A stretch of DNA of 32,000 nt, from positions 1 through 32,000 of the forward strand of contig JBMSAQ010000015.1 in NCBI GenBank assembly GCA_049414405.1, given 5' to 3'. This document shows positions 17,690-26,254 of the stretch, in pieces (position 1 is the stretch's first letter; every line of letters starts with the position of its first letter). Both the position numbers and the translations under genes were made by a program. The notes below the pieces were generated by a model that made no database searches, was not told where the DNA came from, and worked only from the letters and a program-made list of their open reading frames with translations. The stretch is from Candidatus Nanopusillus sp. Lineage in GTDB: Archaea > Nanobdellota > Nanobdellia > Nanobdellales > Nanobdellaceae.

Positions 17690-18307
17690 TTATACTTTTA
17701 ATGCCTCAAATCTCTTTTCCACTGCCAGCCAATCTATATTATCAAAGAATATATCCACATATCCTTTTCTATTACTCCCATAATCTAAATAATATGCATG
17801 TTCAAATACATCTAGTGCTAATATTAATTTTGAGTTTTGTACCATGTACGTATTCTGTTCATCAGATATGCTAATTACCAATCTATTTAAATCATCAGAC
17901 CATAATAACCAAGCCCATCCCCTCGCACCCATTGCAATTGCTTTCATTTCCTTAACAAATTTTTCAAATGATCCAAAATCTTTATCTATCTGTGATCCTA
18001 ATGATGATCCTGGCTTTCCACCTTCCCCTCCTAAGTGGCTAAAATATATTTCATGATTAATCATTCCCCCAAAGGCTCTAGTCCATTCAACTTTTAATTC
18101 TCTTATCAATGAATATGTGGGATTTGCTACATTATAATCATCATCTGTTAAATTATTCAACTTTTGTGTTATTTCATTAAATTTTTTTACATATCCTTCA
18201 TATATTTTCAAATGTTCTTCCACTGTTTTTGCCGAAATACCTTTCATTTTAAACAGTTGTGGTCTTTCTTTCTTAAAATCCACCGGCCTTCTTTCTAAAT
18301 TTTCCAT
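17690..18307 (-). CDS. sod: Fe/Mn superoxide dismutase
   Basis: The metal-ligand motifs EEHL, NHEIYFSHL and DVFEHAYYLDY are all present, 205 aa. Confidence 0.9.
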   Translation of the reverse strand: MENLERRPVDFKKERPQLFKMKGISAKTVEEHLKIYEGYVKKFNEITQKLNNLTDDDYNVANPTYSLIRELKVEWTRAFGGMINHEIYFSHLGGEGGKPGSSLGSQIDKDFGSFEKFVKEMKAIAMGARGWAWLLWSDDLNRLVISISDEQNTYMVQNSKLILALDVFEHAYYLDYGSNRKGYVDIFFDNIDWLAVEKRFEALKV

Positions 18308-18363
18308 TTATAAAATATTATAACAATGTTTTATAAAAATTAATAAAGGCAAAAAATATATCT

Positions 18364-18591
18364 CTATAGGCCTCTAAGTTCTCTAATTGCCAACCTTATA
18401 TCATCTTCATGTACAGTTTTCCTTCCTGCGTGTTTTGCTAATTCTACTGCTCTAGCAGATATTGCCTCTGCTACTTGCAATACTGCTTCTACCATCGCTA
18501 ATTTTGCATCCTGTCCTACCCTTGATGCACCGGCCTTTCTTAATATTCTATATAATGGCGCCACTGGAATTGGTGTTGTTCTCTTTGCCAT
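18364..18591 (-). CDS. Archaeal histone (HMf family)
   Basis: 75 aa. The motifs PIPVAPLYRILRKAGASRV ... AKHAGRKTV..DDIRLAI match the histone fold of HMfA/B-type proteins. Confidence 0.9.
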   Translation of the reverse strand: MAKRTTPIPVAPLYRILRKAGASRVGQDAKLAMVEAVLQVAEAISARAVELAKHAGRKTVHEDDIRLAIRELRGL

Positions 18592-18684
18592 AATAATATT
18601 ATTGACTAACTAATATAAAAATCTTTTGTTTTAACATTTGTTTAAGTCAATTTAACACAACCATCATATAATGCCCCCTAAATA

Positions 18685-19566
18685 TTAGTCCATCATGTCA
18701 TAAACTCTATCATAAATATAAAAAGTTGTTTCAAATTGAGTTACTATTCCATTAGACTGTTCTACTAGTATTGAATATTCATGAATATTTCCATTCTTTT
18801 TTAGATATTCCATAAATAGTTTTAAGTTTATTTTGTTATTATACTCCTTATATAACCATCTATATGCAAAAGGAAGTGTTTTATATTTGTTATATATTTC
18901 TTGAAAGAATTTCTTAATATTTGGATCTCTAATTGGTTTATTAGAAATTATTGAATATATACTAGATGGTTTATCCTCTTTTACAAGTCCAACACCATTT
19001 GTAGCAAAAGGTTCAATTGCATATATCCCTTCAGATAATTTTATTTTTGACTTATTATCGTAATTTGGTATTGTAATCCCAGCATGTAAAACATATTGTT
19101 CTATTTTATGACCAGATAAATTATATATTGGACTATAATTATATGATTTGATAGTATTTTCTACTACTCTCCCAATTTCTGATATTTCAATATCTTTTCT
19201 TATTATTCTCTTAACATTTTCTAATGCTTTTCTAGAAGCTTCAATTAGATCTTTATATTTATTATCATTTATTTCTACAGTAAATGCCGTATCTATACAA
19301 TATCCATTAACATGTACGCCAAAATCAACCTTTACAACATCACCTTCTTTTAATATTGTATTATCATTTACTGTCGGTGTATAATGTGCTGCTATATTAT
19401 TTATAGATATATTAACAGGAAATGCTGGGAACCCTCCTAAATCTATTATTTTTTGTTCAATAGTTTCTGCAATATTATATATACTTTCTTCAGGTTTCAA
19501 TAATCCTTCAGCTTCTCTTTTTACCTTTTTCGCAATTTCAGAAGCCTTTTTTAAATCTTCAAGCAT
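18685..19566 (-). CDS. map: Methionine aminopeptidase, type 2 (archaeal)
   Basis: AAHYTP, KVDFGVHVNGYCIDTAFT, SGHKIEQY and AIEPFAT metal-ligand blocks, 293 aa. Confidence 0.9.
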   Translation of the reverse strand: MLEDLKKASEIAKKVKREAEGLLKPEESIYNIAETIEQKIIDLGGFPAFPVNISINNIAAHYTPTVNDNTILKEGDVVKVDFGVHVNGYCIDTAFTVEINDNKYKDLIEASRKALENVKRIIRKDIEISEIGRVVENTIKSYNYSPIYNLSGHKIEQYVLHAGITIPNYDNKSKIKLSEGIYAIEPFATNGVGLVKEDKPSSIYSIISNKPIRDPNIKKFFQEIYNKYKTLPFAYRWLYKEYNNKINLKLFMEYLKKNGNIHEYSILVEQSNGIVTQFETTFYIYDRVYDMMD

Positions 19567-19882
19567 TTTTTATTTTCTTTATAGATGTTTCTTTCTCTAA
19601 TAAATCTAAGAAATCTTTATTTACATCTTCAACATTTATTGAATAAATTTCAATTATATTATCTTTATATATATCTTTTACTAATTCTTCTATTTTATCA
19701 AACAATTCCTCTCTTGTCTTTATTATTAATAATTCCCTATCTTCCTGTTTAATATTATCTTTTTCCAAATACAATGTTTCAACTTTTTTTATATCTATTG
19801 ATATTGCATATTTTCTTTCCAATATTCTTCTAGAAATATTTATTCCATCTCCATATTTTACGGATAGAAAGACTACAATCAT
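19559..19882 (-). CDS. CutA-like small protein (divergent)
   Basis: 107 aa. MIVVF...ILERKYAISIDI...ELLIIKTREELFDKIEELVKDI...INVEDVNKDFLDLLEKE aligns along its full length with recalled CutA1 sequences. The conserved Trp and His-Pro-Tyr positions are substituted. Confidence 0.5.
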   Translation of the reverse strand: MIVVFLSVKYGDGINISRRILERKYAISIDIKKVETLYLEKDNIKQEDRELLIIKTREELFDKIEELVKDIYKDNIIEIYSINVEDVNKDFLDLLEKETSIKKIKNA

Positions 19883-19912
19883 ATCAATATTATTGTAGAA
19901 ATATTAAAAACA

Positions 19913-20677
19913 TTATATTTCAATAACATCTTCAATATATTTATATAATTCTTTCCAATCCAAGTAAACTTTTTTTAATGTTAAATATCTAGGGTCTGCA
20001 GGAAACGGTTTTGGTTCTAAATTATGTATAAAAACTTTTTCAATCAAATCTAAAGGAAACAAATTATAACCGACAGAAATTAAAAATGTAATTATCCTTC
20101 TTATCATTTCATATAAAAATCTATTTCCTTCAATATAATTTATATAAAAATCTTTGTCTTCAATTACTTCAAATTTTGTTATGTAACATACAGAGTCTTT
20201 TACTTTACCTTTCGCAAAATTGTGATAACTTTTCATACCTATAAAATGTTTTGCTGCTTTTATATATTTATTTATATCAAATTCTCTTTCTTCAGATTTT
20301 ATTATGATTTTTTCATTGTTTATTAAATATTTTGGTGTATATTTTTTCTCAAACAATTTTTTAGGTAATTTATATTCATATAATTTACCTCTAGAAAATT
20401 TCCTAATATTAATAAATTCTTTTAATTTATATATATTCAATATCTTTATATCTTTATTTTGAAAATTTGAAAAATCTATATTTTTATCTGAAGATATAAC
20501 AATATAATTTTCTTCCGCATTTACACCTTTATCAGTTCTTGAAACAATTGATAATTTAAATTCTTTTATGTCAAAATAATTTAATATTTCTCCAGAAATT
20601 GTTCTTACATTTTTTTGATATGCAATTCCATGATAATTTTCTCCATTATATTTTATTCTTAATAAATAGCTATACAT
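19913..20677 (-). CDS. truA: tRNA pseudouridine synthase TruA/Pus1-like
   Basis: Catalytic Asp motif SRTDKGVNA and an N-terminal YxGxxYHG-like segment (YNGENYHG). Confidence 0.8.
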   Translation of the reverse strand: MYSYLLRIKYNGENYHGIAYQKNVRTISGEILNYFDIKEFKLSIVSRTDKGVNAEENYIVISSDKNIDFSNFQNKDIKILNIYKLKEFINIRKFSRGKLYEYKLPKKLFEKKYTPKYLINNEKIIIKSEEREFDINKYIKAAKHFIGMKSYHNFAKGKVKDSVCYITKFEVIEDKDFYINYIEGNRFLYEMIRRIITFLISVGYNLFPLDLIEKVFIHNLEPKPFPADPRYLTLKKVYLDWKELYKYIEDVIEI

Positions 20678-21401
20678 TTCTTATTAATTTTAGAAATTCT
20701 TTTGCATTTTCATACATCATTGAATTATTAAACATTACATAGCTATCTTTTTTATTATACTTTAATACTTTTTCTTTTATTTTATTCAACTCTTCTTTTG
20801 AATAATTATAATTGTATATTGATCTATTACCCTCGTGTAATCTATGTAATCTATAGTATTTTACATCAGAATCGTATATCGGTTCTTCAATATTTATATC
20901 TACAATATCTATTAAATCGAATTCTTTACATATCTTTTCCCTATTTTCTTTACTCCACCCCCTTAATTCTATTGCTATTCTATATTTTTTACCAATTGAA
21001 TTAAAGAAATTATACGCATTTTCAATATTTTCCTTTGTATCTTTAAATGAATTTGGCAATTGAATAACAATTATATTTGCTCTTAACATATTTGAAATCT
21101 CTTCCTGTTTTTCCCAAAATTCAAATACCTCCTTAGTATTTCTCAAATATCCAACTTTTCCCTTTAATTCTTTATAATTTTCTATTTTTGATCTTTTCCA
21201 TGTAAAAGAATTTACATCATGTGTAATACCTTGAAATGCCTTAAATGTAAATTCAAAATTTTCAGATGCTTCTTTTCTTATTTTTTTTACCCATTCAATA
21301 TCTGATATTAAATAAAATATACTATTTATTTCTATTACACTAAATTCTTCATAATATTTTTTCCTTGATATTGGAAATCCACAAGTTCCTACTTTTATCA
21401 T
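20670..21401 (-). CDS. DUF72 (UPF0759) family protein
   Basis: MIKVGTCGFP ... YYEEFSVIEINSIFY is the typical DUF72 N-terminus. It overlaps the truA start by 8 nt. Confidence 0.7.
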   Translation of the reverse strand: MIKVGTCGFPISRKKYYEEFSVIEINSIFYLISDIEWVKKIRKEASENFEFTFKAFQGITHDVNSFTWKRSKIENYKELKGKVGYLRNTKEVFEFWEKQEEISNMLRANIIVIQLPNSFKDTKENIENAYNFFNSIGKKYRIAIELRGWSKENREKICKEFDLIDIVDINIEEPIYDSDVKYYRLHRLHEGNRSIYNYNYSKEELNKIKEKVLKYNKKDSYVMFNNSMMYENAKEFLKLIRNV

Positions 21402-21436
21402 AAAATATTATTTCAAAAATTATGTATAAAAGAACC

Positions 21437-21509
21437 CGGGCCCGGGGGGATTCGAACCCCCGATCTTCGGGTTAAGAGCCCGACGCTTTACCGACTAAGC
21501 TACGGGCCC
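21437..21509 (-). tRNA. tRNA-Lys (anticodon CUU), 73 nt, no encoded CCA, no intron
   Basis: Folded by hand. Acceptor GGGCCCG/CGGGCCC, D arm GCTT-AGTCGGTA-AAGC, anticodon arm TCGGG-CTCTTAA-CCCGA, variable AGATC, T arm GGGGG-TTCGAAT-CCCCC, discriminator G. All stems are G:C rich in an AT-rich context. Confidence 0.9.
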
Positions 21510-21534
21510 AATATAAATTTTATGATAAAAATAA

Positions 21535-21542
21535 ATTATAAA
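21535..21542 (-). promoter_or_regulatory. Candidate TATA box (TTTATAAT) for the tRNA-Lys gene
   Basis: It sits at -33 to -26 relative to the mature tRNA 5' end and directly abuts the FKBP stop codon. The spacing implies a transcript start within a few nt of the mature 5' end. Confidence 0.3.
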
Positions 21543-22121
21543 TTATTCTATAATATAATCCTTTATTTCCGGTATGAAATTTTTTATAATTTCTTTCTGT
21601 TCTTTACTCAAATTTAAATCTCTAACATTTATTAATATCTTCTTATTATTTTCATCAATGTTTACATCAATGTTCTTTTTAGAAATATTATATGTTATAC
21701 TTAATATTCCTAAAATTTTTTCTTTTAAATCCATAACTTCTCTATTCAATTTTATTACATATAATAAATCTTTACCCGCATATGGATGGTTAAAATCTAT
21801 AACAACTCTTCCGCTATTTATAGATCTTATAATACCGACCATATTATCTACATTTACAACCAAATTTGGTATTGGGTTTATATTTCTCTTATAAAATTCA
21901 CTAATTGGTATTATTTTAATTAGACTTAGATCTCTCTCCCCAAAAGGTCTTTTTAACAAAAAGTTATATTCTTTTCCATATTCTGCATTAATTAACTTTT
22001 CCTCAATTTCTTTATTTAATATATTGTATCCCAATGGTATTACTGCTGGTTCATTCGTTTTTTCCAACAATCTATTATCTTGATCATATATTGAATATTC
22101 AATTTCAACCCACTTTACCAT
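21543..22121 (-). CDS. FKBP-type peptidyl-prolyl cis-trans isomerase (SlyD-like, with IF insert)
   Basis: VIDFNHPYAGKDLLYVIKL and PFGERD motifs, 192 aa. Confidence 0.8.
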   Translation of the reverse strand: MVKWVEIEYSIYDQDNRLLEKTNEPAVIPLGYNILNKEIEEKLINAEYGKEYNFLLKRPFGERDLSLIKIIPISEFYKRNINPIPNLVVNVDNMVGIIRSINSGRVVIDFNHPYAGKDLLYVIKLNREVMDLKEKILGILSITYNISKKNIDVNIDENNKKILINVRDLNLSKEQKEIIKNFIPEIKDYIIE

Positions 22122-22217
22122 TGATGAAAAAATCTAAATAAAGTTTATATAAATTATTTAAAGTTTTTGATTATCTAAAAAAGATAATTTTATTAATTTT
22201 ATTTCCAAAAAAATTTA

Positions 22218-23291
22218 ATGGTTAATGATACGCATATTTTTGATAAGGAGCTAGAAGAATACCTAGCACAGGCAACAAAGAGGATAAAAGTTATTGGATG
22301 TGGTGGAGGAGGGAGCAACACAATTTCTACATTATATGGCATGGGAATTGAAGGTCCAGAATTAATAGCAGTAAATACTGATGTTAGACACTTATTAATA
22401 ACAAAAGCACATAAAAAAATATTGGTAGGAAAACAGTTAACAAGGGGTTTGGGTGCAGGAAAGGATCCTAAAGTTGGAGAAGAAGCTGCAAAAGAATCTG
22501 AACAAGAATTAAAAAAGGCAATAGAAGGTTCTGATGTTGTATTTATAACCTGTGGTCTTGGTGGCGGAACGGGAGGTGGTGTAGCACCAGTTGTTGCTGA
22601 AATTGCAAAAAAGATGGGAACATTGGTAATTGCTATATGTACATGGCCTTTCTCTGTAGAAGGTGCAAATATATGGGATAATGCTTTATATTCTTTAGAA
22701 AAATTAGAAAACCATGTTGACCTATTAGTAATTATTCCAAATGACAAATTACAAACCCTATATCCAAATATTCCATTAATGCAAGCATTTAAAGTTGCAG
22801 ATTCACTATTGGCAAACGCATTAAAGGATCTAACGGAATTATTAACAAAACCTGGATATATAAATGTAGACTTTGCTGACTTTAGATCAATTGTAGCTAA
22901 TTCTGGATATGGTGTATTCGGAATTGGAGAATCAAATTCAGAAAATAAAGCAACAGAGGCTGTTCAGAGAGCATTAAACAATCCGTTAGTTGACGTTGAT
23001 GCCACAGGAGCAAAGGCTGCATTAGTAAGAATTGTTGCATCACCAGATGTAACACCTACAGATATAAACAAAATATTAGATACAATAAAATCTGTATTAG
23101 ATCCAAAAGCAAAAATAATACAAGGTATTACATTTGAAGAAGATAAAAAGAACTATATAAGAGTATCATTAACAATAACAAAGCTAAAATCCTCCCCATC
23201 ATTTATATTGGGAATAAAATCCGGAGAAAAAGAATTGAAACCTGAAGAACAGAAAAAATTAGAAAGAGATTTAGGAATAGAAGTTATTTAG
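22218..23291 (+). CDS. ftsZ: Cell division GTPase FtsZ
   Basis: GCGGGGSN and the tubulin signature GLGGGTGGG, 357 aa. Confidence 0.95.
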   Translation: MVNDTHIFDKELEEYLAQATKRIKVIGCGGGGSNTISTLYGMGIEGPELIAVNTDVRHLLITKAHKKILVGKQLTRGLGAGKDPKVGEEAAKESEQELKKAIEGSDVVFITCGLGGGTGGGVAPVVAEIAKKMGTLVIAICTWPFSVEGANIWDNALYSLEKLENHVDLLVIIPNDKLQTLYPNIPLMQAFKVADSLLANALKDLTELLTKPGYINVDFADFRSIVANSGYGVFGIGESNSENKATEAVQRALNNPLVDVDATGAKAALVRIVASPDVTPTDINKILDTIKSVLDPKAKIIQGITFEEDKKNYIRVSLTITKLKSSPSFILGIKSGEKELKPEEQKKLERDLGIEVI

Positions 23292-23721
23292 ATTTTTCTA
23301 TTAATTTTAGACTATTTATAGGTACATTTAGCTGTAAAGGAACTGGAACATCGATTAATTCTATTGTTACTTCTTTTTTCTTTTCATCTATATTTATTAT
23401 TTTTCCTCTAGTTCCTTTAAATGCTCCAGATAATACTTCTACTATATCATTTATATCATATTTAACTTTTTCTTCTTCGAAATATTTCAACAAATCTTCT
23501 ATTGAAATTTCTTGAGGCAATATTCTTTTAACATGCTTTATTCCTAACACTGCTCTTTGTAATTCTAGAGAATTAGTTGTTTCAACAAATAAATATCCTT
23601 TTACACCTGGTATTTGCATCACAGAATATATAGCATGCTTCCCGTTTTTTCCTTCATTTGCTAAAATATCTGCTACAAGTTCTTCTCTTCCAGACGTTAC
23701 AACTATGGCATATATTGGCAT
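23284..23721 (-). CDS. spt5: Transcription elongation factor Spt5 (NusG)
   Basis: NGN domain (IYAIVVTSGREELV...GYLFVE) plus KOW (GAFKGTRGKIINID), 145 aa. Confidence 0.85.
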   Translation of the reverse strand: MPIYAIVVTSGREELVADILANEGKNGKHAIYSVMQIPGVKGYLFVETTNSLELQRAVLGIKHVKRILPQEISIEDLLKYFEEEKVKYDINDIVEVLSGAFKGTRGKIINIDEKKKEVTIELIDVPVPLQLNVPINSLKLIEKSK

Positions 23722-23888
23722 ATCATTATACTATACTGTAAACTTATAAATATAGGCAATGCAATAGCTGCAACTAATGCAAAAAATAATAATGTAACAT
23801 AAACCATTTTTTTTACTTCATCCCAACTGGGTTTATTAGCCGTTTCATATATCTCCTTCATTTCCCTTATCCTATCAATAATACCCAT
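23703..23888 (-). CDS. secE: Preprotein translocase subunit SecE/Sec61-gamma
   Basis: 61 aa with KPSWDEV followed by a single TM. It sits immediately upstream of spt5 with a 19-nt overlap. Confidence 0.7.
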   Translation of the reverse strand: MGIIDRIREMKEIYETANKPSWDEVKKMVYVTLLFFALVAAIALPIFISLQYSIMICQYMP

Positions 23889-23929
23889 CTATATAATCTT
23901 TAAAATATATTTTTAAAAAACAAATCTAT

Positions 23930-24409
23930 ATGGGCAAGGAAGTTATAGAATTATTAGTAGAAGGTGGAAATGCTAAACCAGGACCAAATATAGGACCAAA
24001 ACTGAGTCAACTAAAATTAAACGTTGGAGAAGTGATAAGTAAGATAAATGAAGCTACAAAGGAATTCAAAGGTTTACAAGTACCAGTAAAAATAATAGTA
24101 GATACAGAAACAAAAAAATATGAAATAGAAGTGGGATTACCACCAACATCATCATTATTAAAGAAAGAAGCAAATATAGAAATTGCAAAGAGAACAAAAC
24201 CGGGTGAAATAGTTGGAAACGTTACAATAGAACAAATAGTAAAAGTAGCAAAAATGAAGATGAAAGATTTAAATACTCATGATTTAAAATCTGCAGTAAA
24301 AATGGTTCTAGGAACGGCTTTATCTTTGGGATTAACAGTAAATAATAGAAATCCAAAAGAATTGATAAAAGAAGTAGATCAAGGATTATATGATAACTTA
24401 CTAAAATGA
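23930..24409 (+). CDS. rpl11: 50S ribosomal protein L11
   Basis: Full-length match to L11 (VEGGNAKPGPNIGPKL..., GLPPTSSLLKK...). Confidence 0.95.
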   Translation: MGKEVIELLVEGGNAKPGPNIGPKLSQLKLNVGEVISKINEATKEFKGLQVPVKIIVDTETKKYEIEVGLPPTSSLLKKEANIEIAKRTKPGEIVGNVTIEQIVKVAKMKMKDLNTHDLKSAVKMVLGTALSLGLTVNNRNPKELIKEVDQGLYDNLLK

Positions 24410-24410
24410 T

Positions 24411-24563
24411 ATGTTTGATATTTTAAGTTTTTTTATTGGTTTAATATCTGGGATAATTATATCAGTTATCATAATCTTTTTAATTATAAGACATTACATA
24501 AAGAAATACTTTTCATCTAAAAAATCAATAAAGGATATTATAGAACTATTCGTTAAAAAATAA
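24411..24563 (+). CDS. Possible 50-aa single-pass membrane peptide between rpl11 and rpl1
   Basis: Below the size cutoff of the ORF track. It reads MFDILSFFIGLISGIIISVIIIFLIIRHYIKKYFSSKKSIKDIIELFVKK*, a hydrophobic helix followed by a basic tail. The ATG lies 2 nt after the rpl11 stop. Confidence 0.3.
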   Translation: MFDILSFFIGLISGIIISVIIIFLIIRHYIKKYFSSKKSIKDIIELFVKK

Positions 24564-24594
24564 TTTTTAAATATATTCTATATTTCTTTTTTCT

Positions 24595-25248
24595 ATGGAT
24601 ATTCAAACTATACAATCACTTATAGAAAAATCAAAAAAGAGAAGATTTAAACAAACAGTAGAATTAATAATTAACTTAAAGAAGGAATATGGTTTGAACA
24701 AGAGTGAAAATAGATTTACAGAATATATTGAACTTCCTAAAGGTAGAGGAAAGAAAATAAAAATTGCTGCAATTGTTGGACCTGAATTAGAAAAGTCAGC
24801 AAAAGAAATATTCGATTTTGTATTAGTTAAAGATAAAATAAAGGAAATGGCTGAAAATAAAAGGGGGGCCAAAAAAATGGTTAGAAGATATTATATTTTT
24901 GTAGCACAAGCATCAACTATGACAGATGTGGGAAAATATTTGGGTAAATATTTATCCACAAAAAATAAAATGCCAAATCCAAAATATGGAATGATAATTC
25001 CAGATAATGCAAGCCAAGATTTGCTAAGATCTGTTTATAACAAATTACAAAAAACAGTTAGAGTAGTCGTTAAGAATCATAAAACTATTGGTATACCAAT
25101 TGGAACTGAAGATATGAAATATGAAGATATATTAGAAAATGCTAATTATGTACTAGAATATTTTATTAATAGAATTCCTGGAAATAAGAATAGCATAAAG
25201 AGTGTTTATATAAAGCTAACAATGAGTGATTCAATAAGAATAATATAA
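24595..25248 (+). CDS. rpl1: 50S ribosomal protein L1
   Basis: RRFKQTVELIINLK ... typical L1, 217 aa. Confidence 0.9.
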   Translation: MDIQTIQSLIEKSKKRRFKQTVELIINLKKEYGLNKSENRFTEYIELPKGRGKKIKIAAIVGPELEKSAKEIFDFVLVKDKIKEMAENKRGAKKMVRRYYIFVAQASTMTDVGKYLGKYLSTKNKMPNPKYGMIIPDNASQDLLRSVYNKLQKTVRVVVKNHKTIGIPIGTEDMKYEDILENANYVLEYFINRIPGNKNSIKSVYIKLTMSDSIRII

Positions 25249-25249
25249 A

Positions 25250-26113
25250 ATGGTATCCCAACAAAAGGTATTATATGTAAATGACTTATATTCTAAATTA
25301 TCTAATTCTAAGATAATTGGAATAGCAAATGTAATGGACATTCCAGCTAATTCTTTACAAATTATCAGAAAAAAGTTAAAAAAGATGAATATTAATGTAA
25401 AAGTTATTAAAAAGAACCTTTTTATCAAAGCTCTAGAAAGAATTAACGATCAAAATATTAAAAAGATGATAGACATAATTGAAGAAGATAAAAGAATTAC
25501 AATTTTATTAATATTACCAAAAGAAGACATAAATCCATTCTTATTAAACAAGATATTGGAAGAAAATAAAAGTTATAGGGCTGCTAAAGAAGATGATATA
25601 TTAGAAGAGGACATAATAATAAAAGCAGGGCCTACCAATTTAACACCAGGTCCTGTATTAACCGAATTAAAGAAATATAATATAAAAACAAAGATTGAAG
25701 GTGGAAAAATTGTTGTAATTGAAGATACAATGGTAGCAAAAAAGGGTCAAAAAGTTGATAGTGGATTGGTATCATTATTACAAAAATTTAACATAACTCC
25801 AATACCTGTAAAAATAAAATTGTTATTAGTATATGATGGAAAAACTTTATACACATACGATATATTATCAACACCTTTAGAAGAATACATAAAAAAATTG
25901 GGATCTGGATTCAAGAAAGCTATTTCATTAGCAGTAGAAATTTCATTCCCAACAAAAGAAAATATGAAAATATTATTAACCAAAGCATACCAGAACTTAG
26001 TAAAATTATCATTAAATACAGGAATACCATCAAAAGATACAATAAAAGAACTATTAAGAATTACAAACAGAAGATCTATAATATTAAAGGAAAAATTAAA
26101 TATTAAAGAATAA
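25250..26113 (+). CDS. rpl10: 50S ribosomal stalk protein L10/P0 (short form, no acidic C-terminal tail visible)
   Basis: Position after rpl1 and N-terminal similarity to P0 (KIIGIANVMDIPANSLQIIRKKL...). It is 287 aa and ends ...ILKEKLNIKE. Confidence 0.85.
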   Translation: MVSQQKVLYVNDLYSKLSNSKIIGIANVMDIPANSLQIIRKKLKKMNINVKVIKKNLFIKALERINDQNIKKMIDIIEEDKRITILLILPKEDINPFLLNKILEENKSYRAAKEDDILEEDIIIKAGPTNLTPGPVLTELKKYNIKTKIEGGKIVVIEDTMVAKKGQKVDSGLVSLLQKFNITPIPVKIKLLLVYDGKTLYTYDILSTPLEEYIKKLGSGFKKAISLAVEISFPTKENMKILLTKAYQNLVKLSLNTGIPSKDTIKELLRITNRRSIILKEKLNIKE

Positions 26114-26254
26114 TTTTTAATATCAATGATCACATAAGTAAAAAATAAAAAACTTTTTACTATGATAATATAAACTTCTCTACCATAATAGTCAAAGATT
26201 TAAAAGACCTTCTATTGATAAAATTTATAAATATTTCTTTACTTATTCTTATAT

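Noticed and set aside
18364-18591. GC-rich island at the histone gene (and the GC-richer S-layer-like gene at 1-1980) as possible horizontal transfer
   Set aside because: Codons in both genes still end mostly in A/T (AGA, GCA, GTA, ACA, GGT). The higher GC comes from amino-acid composition (Ala/Arg-rich histone; Gly/Thr/Val/Ala-rich surface protein), not from foreign codon usage.
22199-22747. 182-aa minus-strand ORF overlapping the start of ftsZ
   Set aside because: It is antisense to an unmistakable FtsZ (GGGTGGG signature). Its P/S/A/T-rich product mirrors the Gly-rich ftsZ codons, so it is a shadow ORF.
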